64,000 bases of DNA from Bugula neritina (taxonomy: Eukaryota; Animalia; Bryozoa): contig OZ037766.1 of NCBI GenBank assembly GCA_964035545.1, forward strand, positions 30,042,074 to 30,106,073, read 5' to 3'. Position numbers and translations under genes: made by a program. Positions 12,274 to 30,786 of this stretch are shown here, one piece after another (the first letter of the stretch is position 1; each line of letters starts with the position of its first letter). The notes beneath the pieces were generated by a model. The model was not told the origin of the DNA. It saw only the letters and a list, made by a program, of their open reading frames with translations, and made no database searches.

Positions 12274-14419
12274 ATTCAAAACATATGATAAAGGTTGCAA
12301 AATGGCCTTTTTGTTGGTGCACATAAACTTGTAAATAATAGCTTTGAAAAATAAATTAATATAAAGATAGAGATCATAGCTCGATGTCTAAAGCAACTAT
12401 CATCTATATGATATATTGCTTGAAGGTGGACTGCATGGTCAACACTGAAATAAGAGTAGTATAAGAAAGCTTTACTGACCTTGTCTTTTTACTCGTGCAC
12501 TATCTTTTCCTGGAAACCCAAGGTTTCTCTGATTGCTCTGAAAATATACAAGTTGAAAGAAATGACCATCTGCTCAAGCAAAGGCAGTAGCCTCAAACAA
12601 TAAACATGTTCAATCTAATTTTACCTGCTTGAGCAGTAGTGCTCTTATAAACAACATGAAATAAAATTGTGCTGTATTTTATATTGTGAAAGTCATGGCT
12701 AAAAATTCAACATTTTTGTATCAATTGAGAAACTTCTCGGTAAAATAAACATACTATAGCGCTATTGCACAACTTTTCAATGCATTATTCAAAGTTAAGT
12801 AATTCATTTGACAATTTTCTTTGATTTTCACTGATTCTCAATATATAATCTTTAACAACTCTTGTTACTTATAATCAGTCAACTAAGAGTTCTATTTAAA
12901 CAAAGATTCTAAGCTGCAAACAGCTTTTTACAAATAAAGCTTATTTTATAGCTTCCTTTGACTTGGGTAAGTAATTATCCATATTTTTGCAGCTGAAGCT
13001 GAATTATAATTTAGTGAAACTCAATGGTAGATTTCACACAGTTTTATTTATATGGACAAGTTGCCATTTCTAAAGGTGTTACAGTTAATGATAGTAATAT
13101 TATGAATGTAGTAATTGATGGAGCTAAAATTTCACATAGGTTGCTATGACTACCTATAGCTATATAATTCACATGAGTTGAAAGGTTATTATAGTTACTG
13201 CAAGCACTAAATGTTATAGATGACAAACCTAATCTTCTGTCAGTTGCCAATGAATAATTACTTCGTCTACACCTCAAGGAAAGAGATTTCAGCCTGACTA
13301 GGATGTGGTGCTACTTCGTACCAAGCTGAGTAAGTCACCAAATTATTGTTGTGTAGTACGTTAAGTTAAGCTCCAATGAGGTGTTCTGATTTTCTATTTT
13401 AGTAGTAGAAATTATAGTCGTAATGAAATATGTTTGTTGTACATACGTAAATTTGCCAGTTGGCAAGAGTTCATATAGTATAGAATATAGACATATTATG
13501 CACATGTAATGTGCTTGTCCACACTATTTCCTATATGCATGTGTGATTTTGCTGTAGAAACTAACCGGCCTGCATGTATATGAGCCAGATTTTGTTACAC
13601 CTGCATGAAAGGCCTCTACTCTAAACAATTTCCATGCAATTTCGAAATATTTTAGGTTTTATTCTAAGACTACCTTTGCAATATACAAGTTTAAAAAAAT
13701 CATTCTTCAAGTGCCAATTACTACCACGGGTATATTTAGCATATTATATATACGGTAAAAGGATAATCTAATATAGAATATATTATATTTATCTATGTAG
13801 CAGATATAGCACAATATGTCTTTCATTTAAACATTATTTGTTTAACAATTAATTAGTGTATATTTATGTTGACTAGTATATATCAGTTTTCAGATGAAGT
13901 AATTTTAATCTCAAGCAGAGTTATAGTTTTACTGCTAACTCTGTCGCAGGATGACTTTTGAAAAACATAAATAGGCTTTTATTAAAAGTTTGCAAAAGCT
14001 AAGTAATGTATTTGCTGGGTTTAAATAGCAGTGTACACATATTATAGCTATAACAAATTATTAGGTGTCACTAATTGTTTGTTGAGCTTTAATTCAATGA
14101 TTTTTAGTTTGACCTTCTTAAACTATATTTCTTTGATCCATTAAATTCTGCTCTATAGTGACTGAACATGCAAAATTGAAATAACAGAACAACTTAAATC
14201 AATACTTACTCTGTTTACTATATTTGATTGGGTAACACTTTCCTTAGATAAGCTCTCGTGTTGAGGTGGCTGAGAAATATAGTTTGGTTGTCTGTAGAAA
14301 GTTTCAAAGAATGTAAATCCACATAAAATGAGTGTGAAAAGATGTAGACAGAAAAATACTGTTGAAAATACTTTCATCTTGTATTTTATTACAATGAGCT
14401 CTTCCTCTTGCAGTCCCAT
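7790..14419 (-). CDS. Paralog A: type II TM - furin site - CUB - collagen - spongin/short-chain collagen C4-type NC1 domain, about 630 aa
   Basis: Exons 14419-14210 ([24 protein letters not shown]), 12537-12480 (SARVKR|Q), 11629-11385 plus 10884-10728 (CUB: CGG...[18 protein letters not shown]...CVYDYIEV...LCG...[12 protein letters not shown]), 10284-9589 (linker plus about 55 Gly-X-Y triplets), 9328-9266 (FVRYGKFGC), 8615-8401 (GYVVG...LQC...CALC) and 8038-7790 (GWNTC...YHGYLMA...ICMD.NPE...CVVC). Phases are continuous. The collagen-exon donor is the least certain boundary. Confidence 0.85.
12180..12270. repeat. (TA)n microsatellite in an intron of gene A
   Basis: Perfect dinucleotide run. 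Confidence 0.97.
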
Positions 14420-15252
14420 GATGCTTTGATTTGTAATATTTCACTTTGCAAGATAATTGAGCACTATTACAGTACAGACTGCATTATTATGAGTTATTAT
14501 TGAGGTTAGTTTTATTAATACTGCCAGCTTATATAGCACGGTTTCGAAGTTAAGAAAAGATCATCTTTATTGGATAAAAAAAGCATGATATTATCTCCAT
14601 GGTGACATAGTTCAAAATCAATTTTCTATAATTATTCTATAATCTTATGAGTAACTCAGCTAAGCCAATTTCACAATATTAGTTTCTCAAAGATTTTCCA
14701 GTGGTCTATAATAAAATATAAGTATGATTATGTTATTATGTTAGTTCACAAAAAAAACTTCGAAGATTTTATTATTACTTTTTGCATTGAAAAGGCAACT
14801 TTATGTCTGGCTATTGGAATTGAATTATAATGAGTATAAAAAAATGTATGTGGTTATAGCTTGGTACTCTACACTCATCTTTCAATCTAAGGCTTTACCA
14901 TAATCTGATGAAAATATTCATGTTTTCTTTCAAACTTTTCATACAGCATCACATTACACCACAGCTTTTATTATATTATATTACATTGCATTAGACTACC
15001 CTGTATTATATTATCCTGTGTTTTATTATTTATAATATACTATTTACAGTATAACACTACAGTATAGTAGGTCGTATTCTATGTTTTATTGCACTATTAT
15101 ACGAGTCACTTTTGTATTCAAATACATTGTATATTATACACTATACATTCTATTTCATAACTTTGTATTTACAAGTACTATTTTTAAGATATTTTGCTAC
15201 GTCATATAATATTTGGGTTCAATATTTAGTTATGAAGTTGTTTGAATTTGTA

Positions 15253-15512
15253 TATATGCTCACACATATATGCTCACAAAATGCTCTCATATGTTTATAA
15301 TTTACTCTTATGCCCTCATTATTCATGCTCTTAGGTCTATTATTTAGTGTCATGTACTAAAAGTATATAATATATTTATAGTACATGACACCAAATAATT
15401 TGCCTAAAGCATGAATTATAACGAGGGTACGAGAGCAAATTATAGACCAATGAGAGCGTTTTGTGAGCATATGAGAGAATAATGGCTAAACACTTTATTG
15501 TGAGCATATGAG
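15253..15512. repeat. Foldback/MITE-like inverted repeat upstream of gene A
   Basis: 15268-15290 ATATGCTCACAAAATGCTCTCAT pairs with 15450-15472 (1 mismatch). Inner arms at 15301-15328 and 15409-15439 are also complementary. Confidence 0.5.
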
Positions 15513-17016
15513 ACGTAATAAGTAAATTTTTGACCCTTTGGCACTCTATAGCCGTGCGTGTTGCAGGGTCATTATATAGCAAAAATAAAATATAATTTTC
15601 TCATTTACAATTAGCTCTTTGAGATCGGCTTGTAAGTTCTTTGCCCCTAAGTGATACAGCTTGCGTTGATTTAAATTGTTGACTCCTAAGACTATATAGA
15701 CATATTTTCAGCAGCAAACTTATATTGATGGACCATACAATATGCCTACCATATCCTAAAGCCTAGATTAGATAAACAAGTCTAATAATTATATTTGAAA
15801 TGTTATCACATATAAGACACAAATTAATATGGATTATGGAGTATATGCGTAAGTACTTCTGATCTACATTTATCTTATTTCCTGGTCTGTCGTCACTGAA
15901 TAGTGTTCAAATTGAAACTAGGAAGTGCCAATAAATCATAGTACGAGGATACAAATTGTTAATGTGTCTTCTAGGCAAGAAATGATTTTAAATTTGCCAA
16001 TCAACATGCAGTTAACTAAAATTTTTTACAACATAATCGATTCCATCAGTGAACTACCGATGTTTTTTTGCTATATACGTAGCAACAAGTATAAACTTGC
16101 AGAAACTGAGAAAAAATTTAAGTTAGTGTGCTTATAATAATAGATTAACCAACCTACTTTGAGAGAGTGTGAACAAATGTTGATTTTGTAAAGTAACTGC
16201 CCATTGAAAATTGAGCAGCAAACCTCCAACTAGGAAGCTAGCATTTAACAATTAGGCTTTAGGGGCTACTGCATGAGTAATCACTACACCACATTTCACT
16301 GCCCCCCACTATTCTAGCTTGTCAGTTTTTGGGCTCCACCAGCCCATCAACACCTTAGGAGCAGTAGCACCCAACAACACCCGCGCAGGGCTGAAATAGC
16401 TTGTACTTAGAATATTTCTTTAGGGGTTTATAATGGACTTTTTTCCACAAACACTAAACACTGACTGGTTATTTGCTGAATGCTTATATATAGCCAATTA
16501 CTTTATAAATGATAATATAATTAAACTTTTCTTGTGAATTCAAAAAGTTACATCAAAGAACAGCAGAAATTTTGATTTGATCATATTGCAGTTTCAAAAC
16601 TAGTTACAGACAAATTACATGGTTTTCGTGGTATGGCTGTGGTGATGTATTTGTTATATGGTTCATTGGTGACTATGTTTATTGGAAAGTATGGTACTCA
16701 GCTTCCAACGTTTTTATTTTTAATATAAAAGCTGCTGTGTCATAAGTTTTACACCAGCTATTACATCAAATCTAAAAAAAATAATTTTGAAAATATTTTG
16801 ATTTAATTGCATATTGCCAAATTAATCAATGAGTTTAAAATCAATAAGGCTATACCGAAATATTATCATGGGTTGCTATCACTGCAACAAATATTTTATT
16901 TATTGTGTTGGCAAAAAATATTATGAATCAATGATAAAGAATTGAGATACTTTAAACAAAAGGCCATAAGTACAGATGAAGAAAATTATAATGATCAGAG
17001 TTATATTTGTTTTGAA

Positions 17017-23586
<6,570 letters not shown>

Positions 23587-24104
23587 ATTTCTATTGCAGT
23601 AATCTTTCACGTAGTGTGTCGAGATATAATCTTACACTTATTATTAAGACTCTCAATTTCCATTATTTAAGTTGAAGTTACCATAGTTACAAGCTTATCT
23701 TTAATAAGTAATTTTATCCAATATTATTATTCATATATTTACTGCATATTTTTATAGATGTGTCTTTCCTAAATGAAACTCACCTTTGCAAACACATTTT
23801 TGGTAACTAGAAAAATGGTAAAATCATTTTCTAGCTTTGAGTTGCAGTTTAAATAAATTAGATCAAAATCATCAAACTTTAGCATAGCAATTGTGAAATT
23901 TTAGACAGTTTATTTAGTAGAAAAATATGTAAATGAGCAAGTAACACAATTTCATAAAGGATTGCAAAAGAAGAATACCATAAATACAATCACCTATTAT
24001 TATACAATATGCTTTTATTTTTCATACATTATCAAAACTTGTACAAAACACACACTTGAGCAAACTTCAGTTCATGCATGGCCATATGATTATTTGTGCA
24101 AAGT

Positions 24105-27100
24105 TTAATTGTTTTTAATGCACACAACACAAGGTACAGCTTTCTGCTCTACCCAAAGTCCTCTACCAGATCTAACCAGTTTCACTTCTGGAGCTGCAGG
24201 ATCTGTACCGTATCCTTCTGTTACTTCAGGGTTTATATCCATACATATTGGTTGTGATGTCCCATGTTCTGATTCAGCTGCCATTAAGTATCCGTGATAG
24301 GCTCTGAACCACTCTCTGCCAGCGTTACAAGTGTTCCAACCAATCAAGGTAATCTATACACAATAAAATTATTAGTCAAATGTCTTCTTAAATCAAAATA
24401 TTGCTGATTGGTTGAAGTGGTCAACATGATTTTATTCTAGATACATTGCTACGTATTATGTGATCACTTTGATTTCTTTTTTAAGCTAATACTTTTCTTT
24501 GAAAACTTCAACCCCTATTAAAAGCTGTTACAAACTACTGCAATGCTAATTAAAGAAATAATGTACTATGGTGGCGATATTGTAAAACGTTTACCCTAGT
24601 AAAAATAATTTTAAATTAAAAGCCTATTTATATCTATTCCAATTTATATTGTTTAGTACAAAATTTTCCAAGTTTCGAATCTGTTCTGAAACTAGCTCAT
24701 TTTTAATATATCTGCAGTATATAAAATTACGTATTGCGATTTCAATTTCTTTACAATATTGAAAGCTGCATTTCTACTTACTATTTCAGCTTGGGAAACA
24801 TGACACAAGGCACATCTGATAACCTTGTTGTGGTAGACATCAATCAGAGGTTGAACACCAGTTTCACTCAGATTAAACCTGGCAGCCACTAGTTCTGGTC
24901 CAGATTCTAGTGTAACTCCTTCCGGGTTGATCTGATTAGGAAGAGGTGAGCACTGCAGTGTTTGGGATCCACTATTTGCAAGTCCAACTACATACCCTAA
25001 AGAGAAGAAAGGAAGAGCATGTATACTATTGATCTGCAGTCCAAATAAATGGGGTTAATTCTGGCGCCTACATTGCTGGAATCTGAGAGCATATTCTAGT
25101 ATAGAATAGTAGTGAAGGGACCAAAGAATTTGTTGTACAGTGACTAAAAAACTTCTAAACACAAAATAAAAGCTTTTTGGCTGAAAAATATGAGAAAGTT
25201 GACAACTGGGCCCAGCTACTACCAACTCATATGTTTATTCAACTTTATACAAAATATGTTTTGTATTGCAAACTTTAAAATCTTTCATGGTAAGTTGTTA
25301 ATTCATTTTTAGCATGTAAAATGACATAGATGTGCATACAACTTACAGTATGTATTTTCAAATAGCAAATAATAACTTTAATTCCATTCTGTTTATAGCA
25401 CTTGATGAATGAGACAATAAGATATTAATGAAATATGTATAATATTCAGTAGAGAACAGTATATATATAATTATTATCCAATCTGATTTTATTTTCATAA
25501 GATTTGCTTGCAAAATAATTATGTGAATATTCTGACTTATTTGTATAGTCACGAGCACAAAGAAATTGTTCTAAATTTTACTAATAAGGAAAACTGCCCA
25601 AAATGTTTTGTATTGACAATTACAGACTCACCATCATGAAACTTTCGCGTAGAAGGACAACTAAAACTTCCGTATCGTATAAAAGTGACCTCAGCTGTAA
25701 AAAAATGAAGAAAATTAATTTTGTGCCTTTTTAGGATATTATGCTCTATATAGCTTTAGACCCTAGAGCCAAAGAATAAAAATTGCACTTGTATTAATCT
25801 GGGCCCTTAACTAACATTGCTAAAACAATTTATGCAGTTGTACAATAATTCTTTATATTGTTGAAAGTAATAGTTATACAATGTCTTAATGTCTCTATAG
25901 CTACTGATTGGTTTACTATTTCTTGATAACCAGGTGTACCTTGAACTCCAGTTTGCCCAAAAGAACTAGCTATGCCATCTCTACCTGGTTGACCAAGAGC
26001 TCCATTTTGACCTGGAGAACCAGTTATGCCATCTCTACCTGGTTGACCAGGAGCTCCATTTTGACCTGGAGAACCAGCTATGCCATCTCTACCTGGTTGA
26101 CCAGGAGCTCCATTTTGACCTGGAAAACCAGCTATGCCATCTCTACCTGGTTGACCAGGAGCTCCATTTTGACCTGGAGAACCAGTTATGCCATCTCTAC
26201 CTGGTTGACCAGGAGCTCCATTTTGACCTGGAGAACCAGTTATGCCATCTCTACCCAATGTGCCTGGAATTCCAGCTTGACCAGGTAATCCAGCTGTGCC
26301 ATCTCTACCTGGCTGACCAGGAGCTCCAGGTTGACCTAGGGAGCCAATTCTACCAAATGTGCCAGGAACTCCAGAGTGACCCAGATAATTAGGTGCACCA
26401 TCTCTACCAGGTGTGCTTAAAGCTCTGTTATTCTGTGCTGATTGACTTGTTTGAGTTGTTAATTGCGCATTTTGAGCATCTTGAATTTTTATTCTCAAGT
26501 CTTCAGGTGATAGAGAGAGAATACTGAGTGTAGCAAGTGCTAATGGGTAGGGCACTGTAGCAGCTGGAGAGTCAACTCTTGATGGAATAACTAAAACAGA
26601 CCAAACCTGATTATCCTAGTTAATGCTGAAACGTGATTTCTGACAATTTGATTAGCAAATTTAAAACAGATACATAAAAGGTAATCACAACTTGTTTTTT
26701 GGAACAATTAAAAGTGATGTGTATTTTTTAACTAATCAAAATAGTATAAAATATTATAGAGCTAAAATTAGAAAAGTAGTTAAGTACATACAATTTTATG
26801 TACACTTTATTATGCAAGATGATCAAAATCTTAAAAATTCCTAGTCAACATCTAATGTACTAATAACCGTGTTTTCTATATACCTGAAATCTCAGCTCTA
26901 AATCCTTTAGCCGTGATTGAAGAATCAGTCTTAAAAGAGATATACATTGGTCCATTAAATGCTATTGTAGTCTGAGTTTCATTCATCCCACAAATCCTTT
27001 GTCTTGTAAGTAGTTGACCTGTAGAGCTACCTCCCCTAACCTGAAAAAATGAGATGTTGAATTCATTTGATTAGAACTTTATTTATTAGTTTTTTAAAAC

Positions 27101-30100
27101 TATAGTGAAGTCGAATTGCTCAGTAAATTTGTACGCTCAAGTTTGGCAACTACAATTATTAATTTGAAAAGTAGTAATTTGAAATAAAAATTTAATATGA
27201 ACATTTTTGATTACACAGATATTTTTCATACTATTATTATCTATATTTTTTACAGTGATTTGCACAATTTATATTACACATATATAAACATTCTAAATTA
27301 TACATAATATTATATATGTGACTCACAATGCATGAAGAAGATATGTTGTCAAAAGTGTTTTAAATTTAGGTAATATATATAGCGCACTTGACTATAAGTA
27401 GCATTTATGTTATCAATATATTTCTTTATACACCGGTCTCATGTTGAATATGGCAGAAAATTTTTAAATTTTATACTATTATTCTATGCAGTAATAATAA
27501 AAAAATTCCCAAGAGTAATAGAGTGTTGCAATACCTCAATGTAATCATATACACAGTTGTTGGTCTTCTCTACAAAGATTGGTTCCTCAAAAGCAAGTCT
27601 CAGTGACTTCTCATCTAACAAAGCACTTCCTTTATAGGCCTCCGGCACTGGGAATCTTAATACAAAATTCCATTCACAAAAGAGATTGTTGGAGTAGTTT
27701 CCAGGGTAGTTTGGAGACTGAAATCTGTAGCTTTCCAAGGAGTCTATTGGTACGTATACAGTACCCCCACACTTCTCGGCTGAAACTTTACATGTGCAAA
27801 AAATCTATTGTACACTTTTCTGGAGAATATAATATATTATATAGTTAGCTATTTCAATTTTCAAGAGGTCTACTGTTATTTTGAACATATACAAACAGTT
27901 TACAATGTCAATAATACTATGCTTTTAAAATAATTTTTACACACAGTGATAACTAATATTATGTTTATCTTTATTATTTATATAAATTTGCTGTTTTCTG
28001 TGATTAGAATTTTAGTTTACTGTACTATAAAAATATGATGCTTGTATTTTTCTTTTTCAATGCGGTCAATTTATGCATGCTTTTGTATTACGCCATCAAA
28101 ATGTTACACTAACTTACAAAAGTTGATATGATATATTAATTAGATAAAATCTTTCATATACTTACCACAAATGATTGCTAATTATTATGCAACAGCTTTA
28201 AAGTCATATTCATTTGTAATTAGTTTATGACACTAACAACACAATAGATATGTTATTCAAATCATGCTAGAAAGGGTGCAATGTGAGCAGTTTGCCATTA
28301 CACATAGTGTAAACATCTAGGAAAACAGTCAAAATAAGGAGCTTCGTGTAAAAATAAAGACAGTGGTGTCTAAAGCAGCTTCTATGATGCATTAGTTATA
28401 GAGGTGGGCTGGTCCAAAGTAAAATAGGAGTATATTCAACAAACAATGCCTTACAAACCTTGTCTTTTTACTCTTGTGGTATCCTTTCCTTGAAATTCAA
28501 AGTTTTTTTGTTTGATCTATAAAACATACAAATAAACAGTAGATAACACAGAAAAACCAATACATTTTTAGGCAAAGACAATAAGACAATAAATAATGTG
28601 TATAATCTTTATCCTTAGTATAGATAGCTTTAGCAATCCTGAATGGTTAGTAGGATTCCTATAACTTGAAAGTAAATTATACTGCATTTCACACTTTGAA
28701 AGTAAAGGCGCTAAATATATAGCTACTGCAGAGTTTTGAAACCGATATAGAAAGTTTTGCAGCACACTGAAGATATCTATATATAGCACAAAATCTTGTG
28801 CATAGAATGTAAGGAACTAAAGAAGTGTCAGTATCCGAATGGCAAAAGAGGCTAGGCAAACTTATTTATAGTTATGTTATATACTGTTGACATCCTTTAA
28901 CCATTTTTTATTGCATAATATTCTTTTAATGATCACTAAATTATTCTGGCTGTACATTTGCAAACAGTGAGATTCGTAGGCTTGTTAATAAGATACAAGT
29001 AGCTTTTTATAAACAATGCTTTTTTAGTTGACTTTGATCTCTGTACCTTATAATGCATGTTTTTGCAACTGGTTGCATTATATTTTAATGAAAATCAATG
29101 ATGAAATTCAGGTAGTTTAACTCAATTAGTTATACAGACAAGTTGCCATCTGTAAAGTCTCTACTCATTCCAACGTTATGCAGAGGAGTAATAGGGATGA
29201 TTTGACGGGTATTGGTTGCCATGACTACTTAGCTATATAGCTTGCATGAGTTTGAAAGCTACAAGCACTTGTTATAGATGACAAAATTAATCTTCTGTCA
29301 GTTGCCAATGAATAATTACTTAGTCTACACCTCAATGAAAGAGATTGCAACCTGACTAGGATGTGGTGCTACTTCGTATCAAGCTGAGTAAGTCACCAAA
29401 CTATTGTTGTGTAGTACGTTAATTTAAGCTCCAATGAGGTGTGCTGTTTTCTATTTTAGTAATAGAAAAAAAGCTCAGACAAGTTTATTATAGTCACTAG
29501 CCCTGTGAAAGCCCCTGATAGAAGGGGTTTTTGTAGTGTTAAGTTTACCCAGTGGTTCCCGTGGTGTAATGGTTAGCACCATTGAACTATAACCCCTTAT
29601 AGTTTCAGTTCAGTCGTTAGCACACTTGCAAGCCGAAGGTCTCGAGTTCAAAAGTGGGGGCAAAATTATTTTACAGTTTTCTGTTAAATCGGGCTAAGAA
29701 CTTATTCAGATGTGGCACAGGAGCAATTATGATTGGATGCTCTTCCTATAACAACGCGAATGGCCTTTGCGGGTTTGAACCCATGACTCGGTAGTTTACT
29801 AAGCCAATGCTCTAACCCCTAAGCCACGGCTGCTCCCCTATATAATAGTAGAAACTAGAAACTATATTATTATAATAATTTTTGTCATACGTAAGTCTGT
29901 TTACCAGTTGACAATAGTTGCTATAGCATAGACATGCATACATGTATGTAATGCACCTGCAGGCAGCAGCATTTCCATTGTTTTACATGCATTCACACTA
30001 TATAGAATATGACCAGCATGTATAGCCAGTTCCTGTTACCTTATGAAGGTTACTCCATTTTTTCACAAAATTCAGTATTTGATTATGTGATTATATGTGC

Positions 30101-30786
30101 ATATACGTTAAAAACCTGTTTTGATGAATCTTACAAATCACAAATTACATTTTGACTGATACATTGTATGTACATATATTAACATATACAATAAGCAAAT
30201 ATAACCTGAAAGACATATGGCACTATAATATCTATATTATTGCCATTATGTTTTGCAAACTAATTGGTAAATAGTAAATCTGTCATTCACAAAAACGCAA
30301 TCGTGTTTTAAGCAAACTTGTAATTTTGATACGAGCTCTGTTGCAAGTGCGAGAGTTGACAAACGTAAATATAGTAGTTTAAAAAAAACTACTCAAAATC
30401 TAAAGAAGATATTTCATGGGTTAAATCACGTGCAATTAAGGTGGCCGCAACAAATTTTTAAGCTGTCAGTAATTGTTTGTTGAAGTTTTGCTTTTTTTAT
30501 CTAACTTTCTTTCGTTCTGTGCGGTATGGTGACTGAACAAGATTGAAATAATAGAACTAGTTAACTTCATACTCACTGTGTCGTCTATATTTGATTGGCT
30601 AGCGCTTTCTTTAGATGAGCTCTCATGTTTAGAAGGCTGAGTAATACAGCTAGGTTGTCCGTAGAAAGTTTCAAAGAATATAAATCCACATAAAATGAGT
30701 GTGAAAAGATGCAGACAGAAAAATACTGTTGAAAATACTTTTATCTTGTACTTTATTACAATGAGCTCGTCCTCTTGCAGTCCCAT
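24105..30786 (-). CDS. Paralog C: type II TM - furin site - CUB - collagen - NC1-like domain, about 615 aa; closest relative of A
   Basis: Exons 30786-30577, 28516-28459 (TTRVKR|Q), 27779-27535, 27040-26884, 26590-25940 (about 52 triplets, including five 18-aa [18 protein letters not shown]-type units), 25694-25632, 24996-24782 and 24353-24105. Exon sizes match A except for the collagen exon. Confidence 0.86.
29466..29838 (-). mobile_element. tRNA-derived SINE (family X, copy 1) in intron 1 of gene C
   Basis: Minus-strand head GCAGCCGTGGCTTAGGGGTTAGAGC...TAGTAAAC...GGGTTCAAACCC (A and B boxes, tRNA-Thr-like) and a T-run tail. Absent from the aligned intron of gene A. Homologous to 46029-46342. 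Confidence 0.75.
29532..29675 (+). mobile_element. 144-bp TGTA...TACA element with a tRNA-like core and 5-bp TSD (family Y, solo-LTR/TRIM-like), nested in SINE X1
   Basis: Flanked by GTTTT on both sides (29527-29531 and 29676-29680). Contains GGTTCCCGTGGTGTAATGGTTAGCAC (A box, resembling a tRNA-Gln 5' end) and GAGTTCAAA (B box). Confidence 0.75.

Noticed and set aside
29554-29655. Functional tRNA gene
   Set aside because: The acceptor stem cannot close, a hairpin interrupts the body, and the sequence lies inside a TSD-flanked mobile element.
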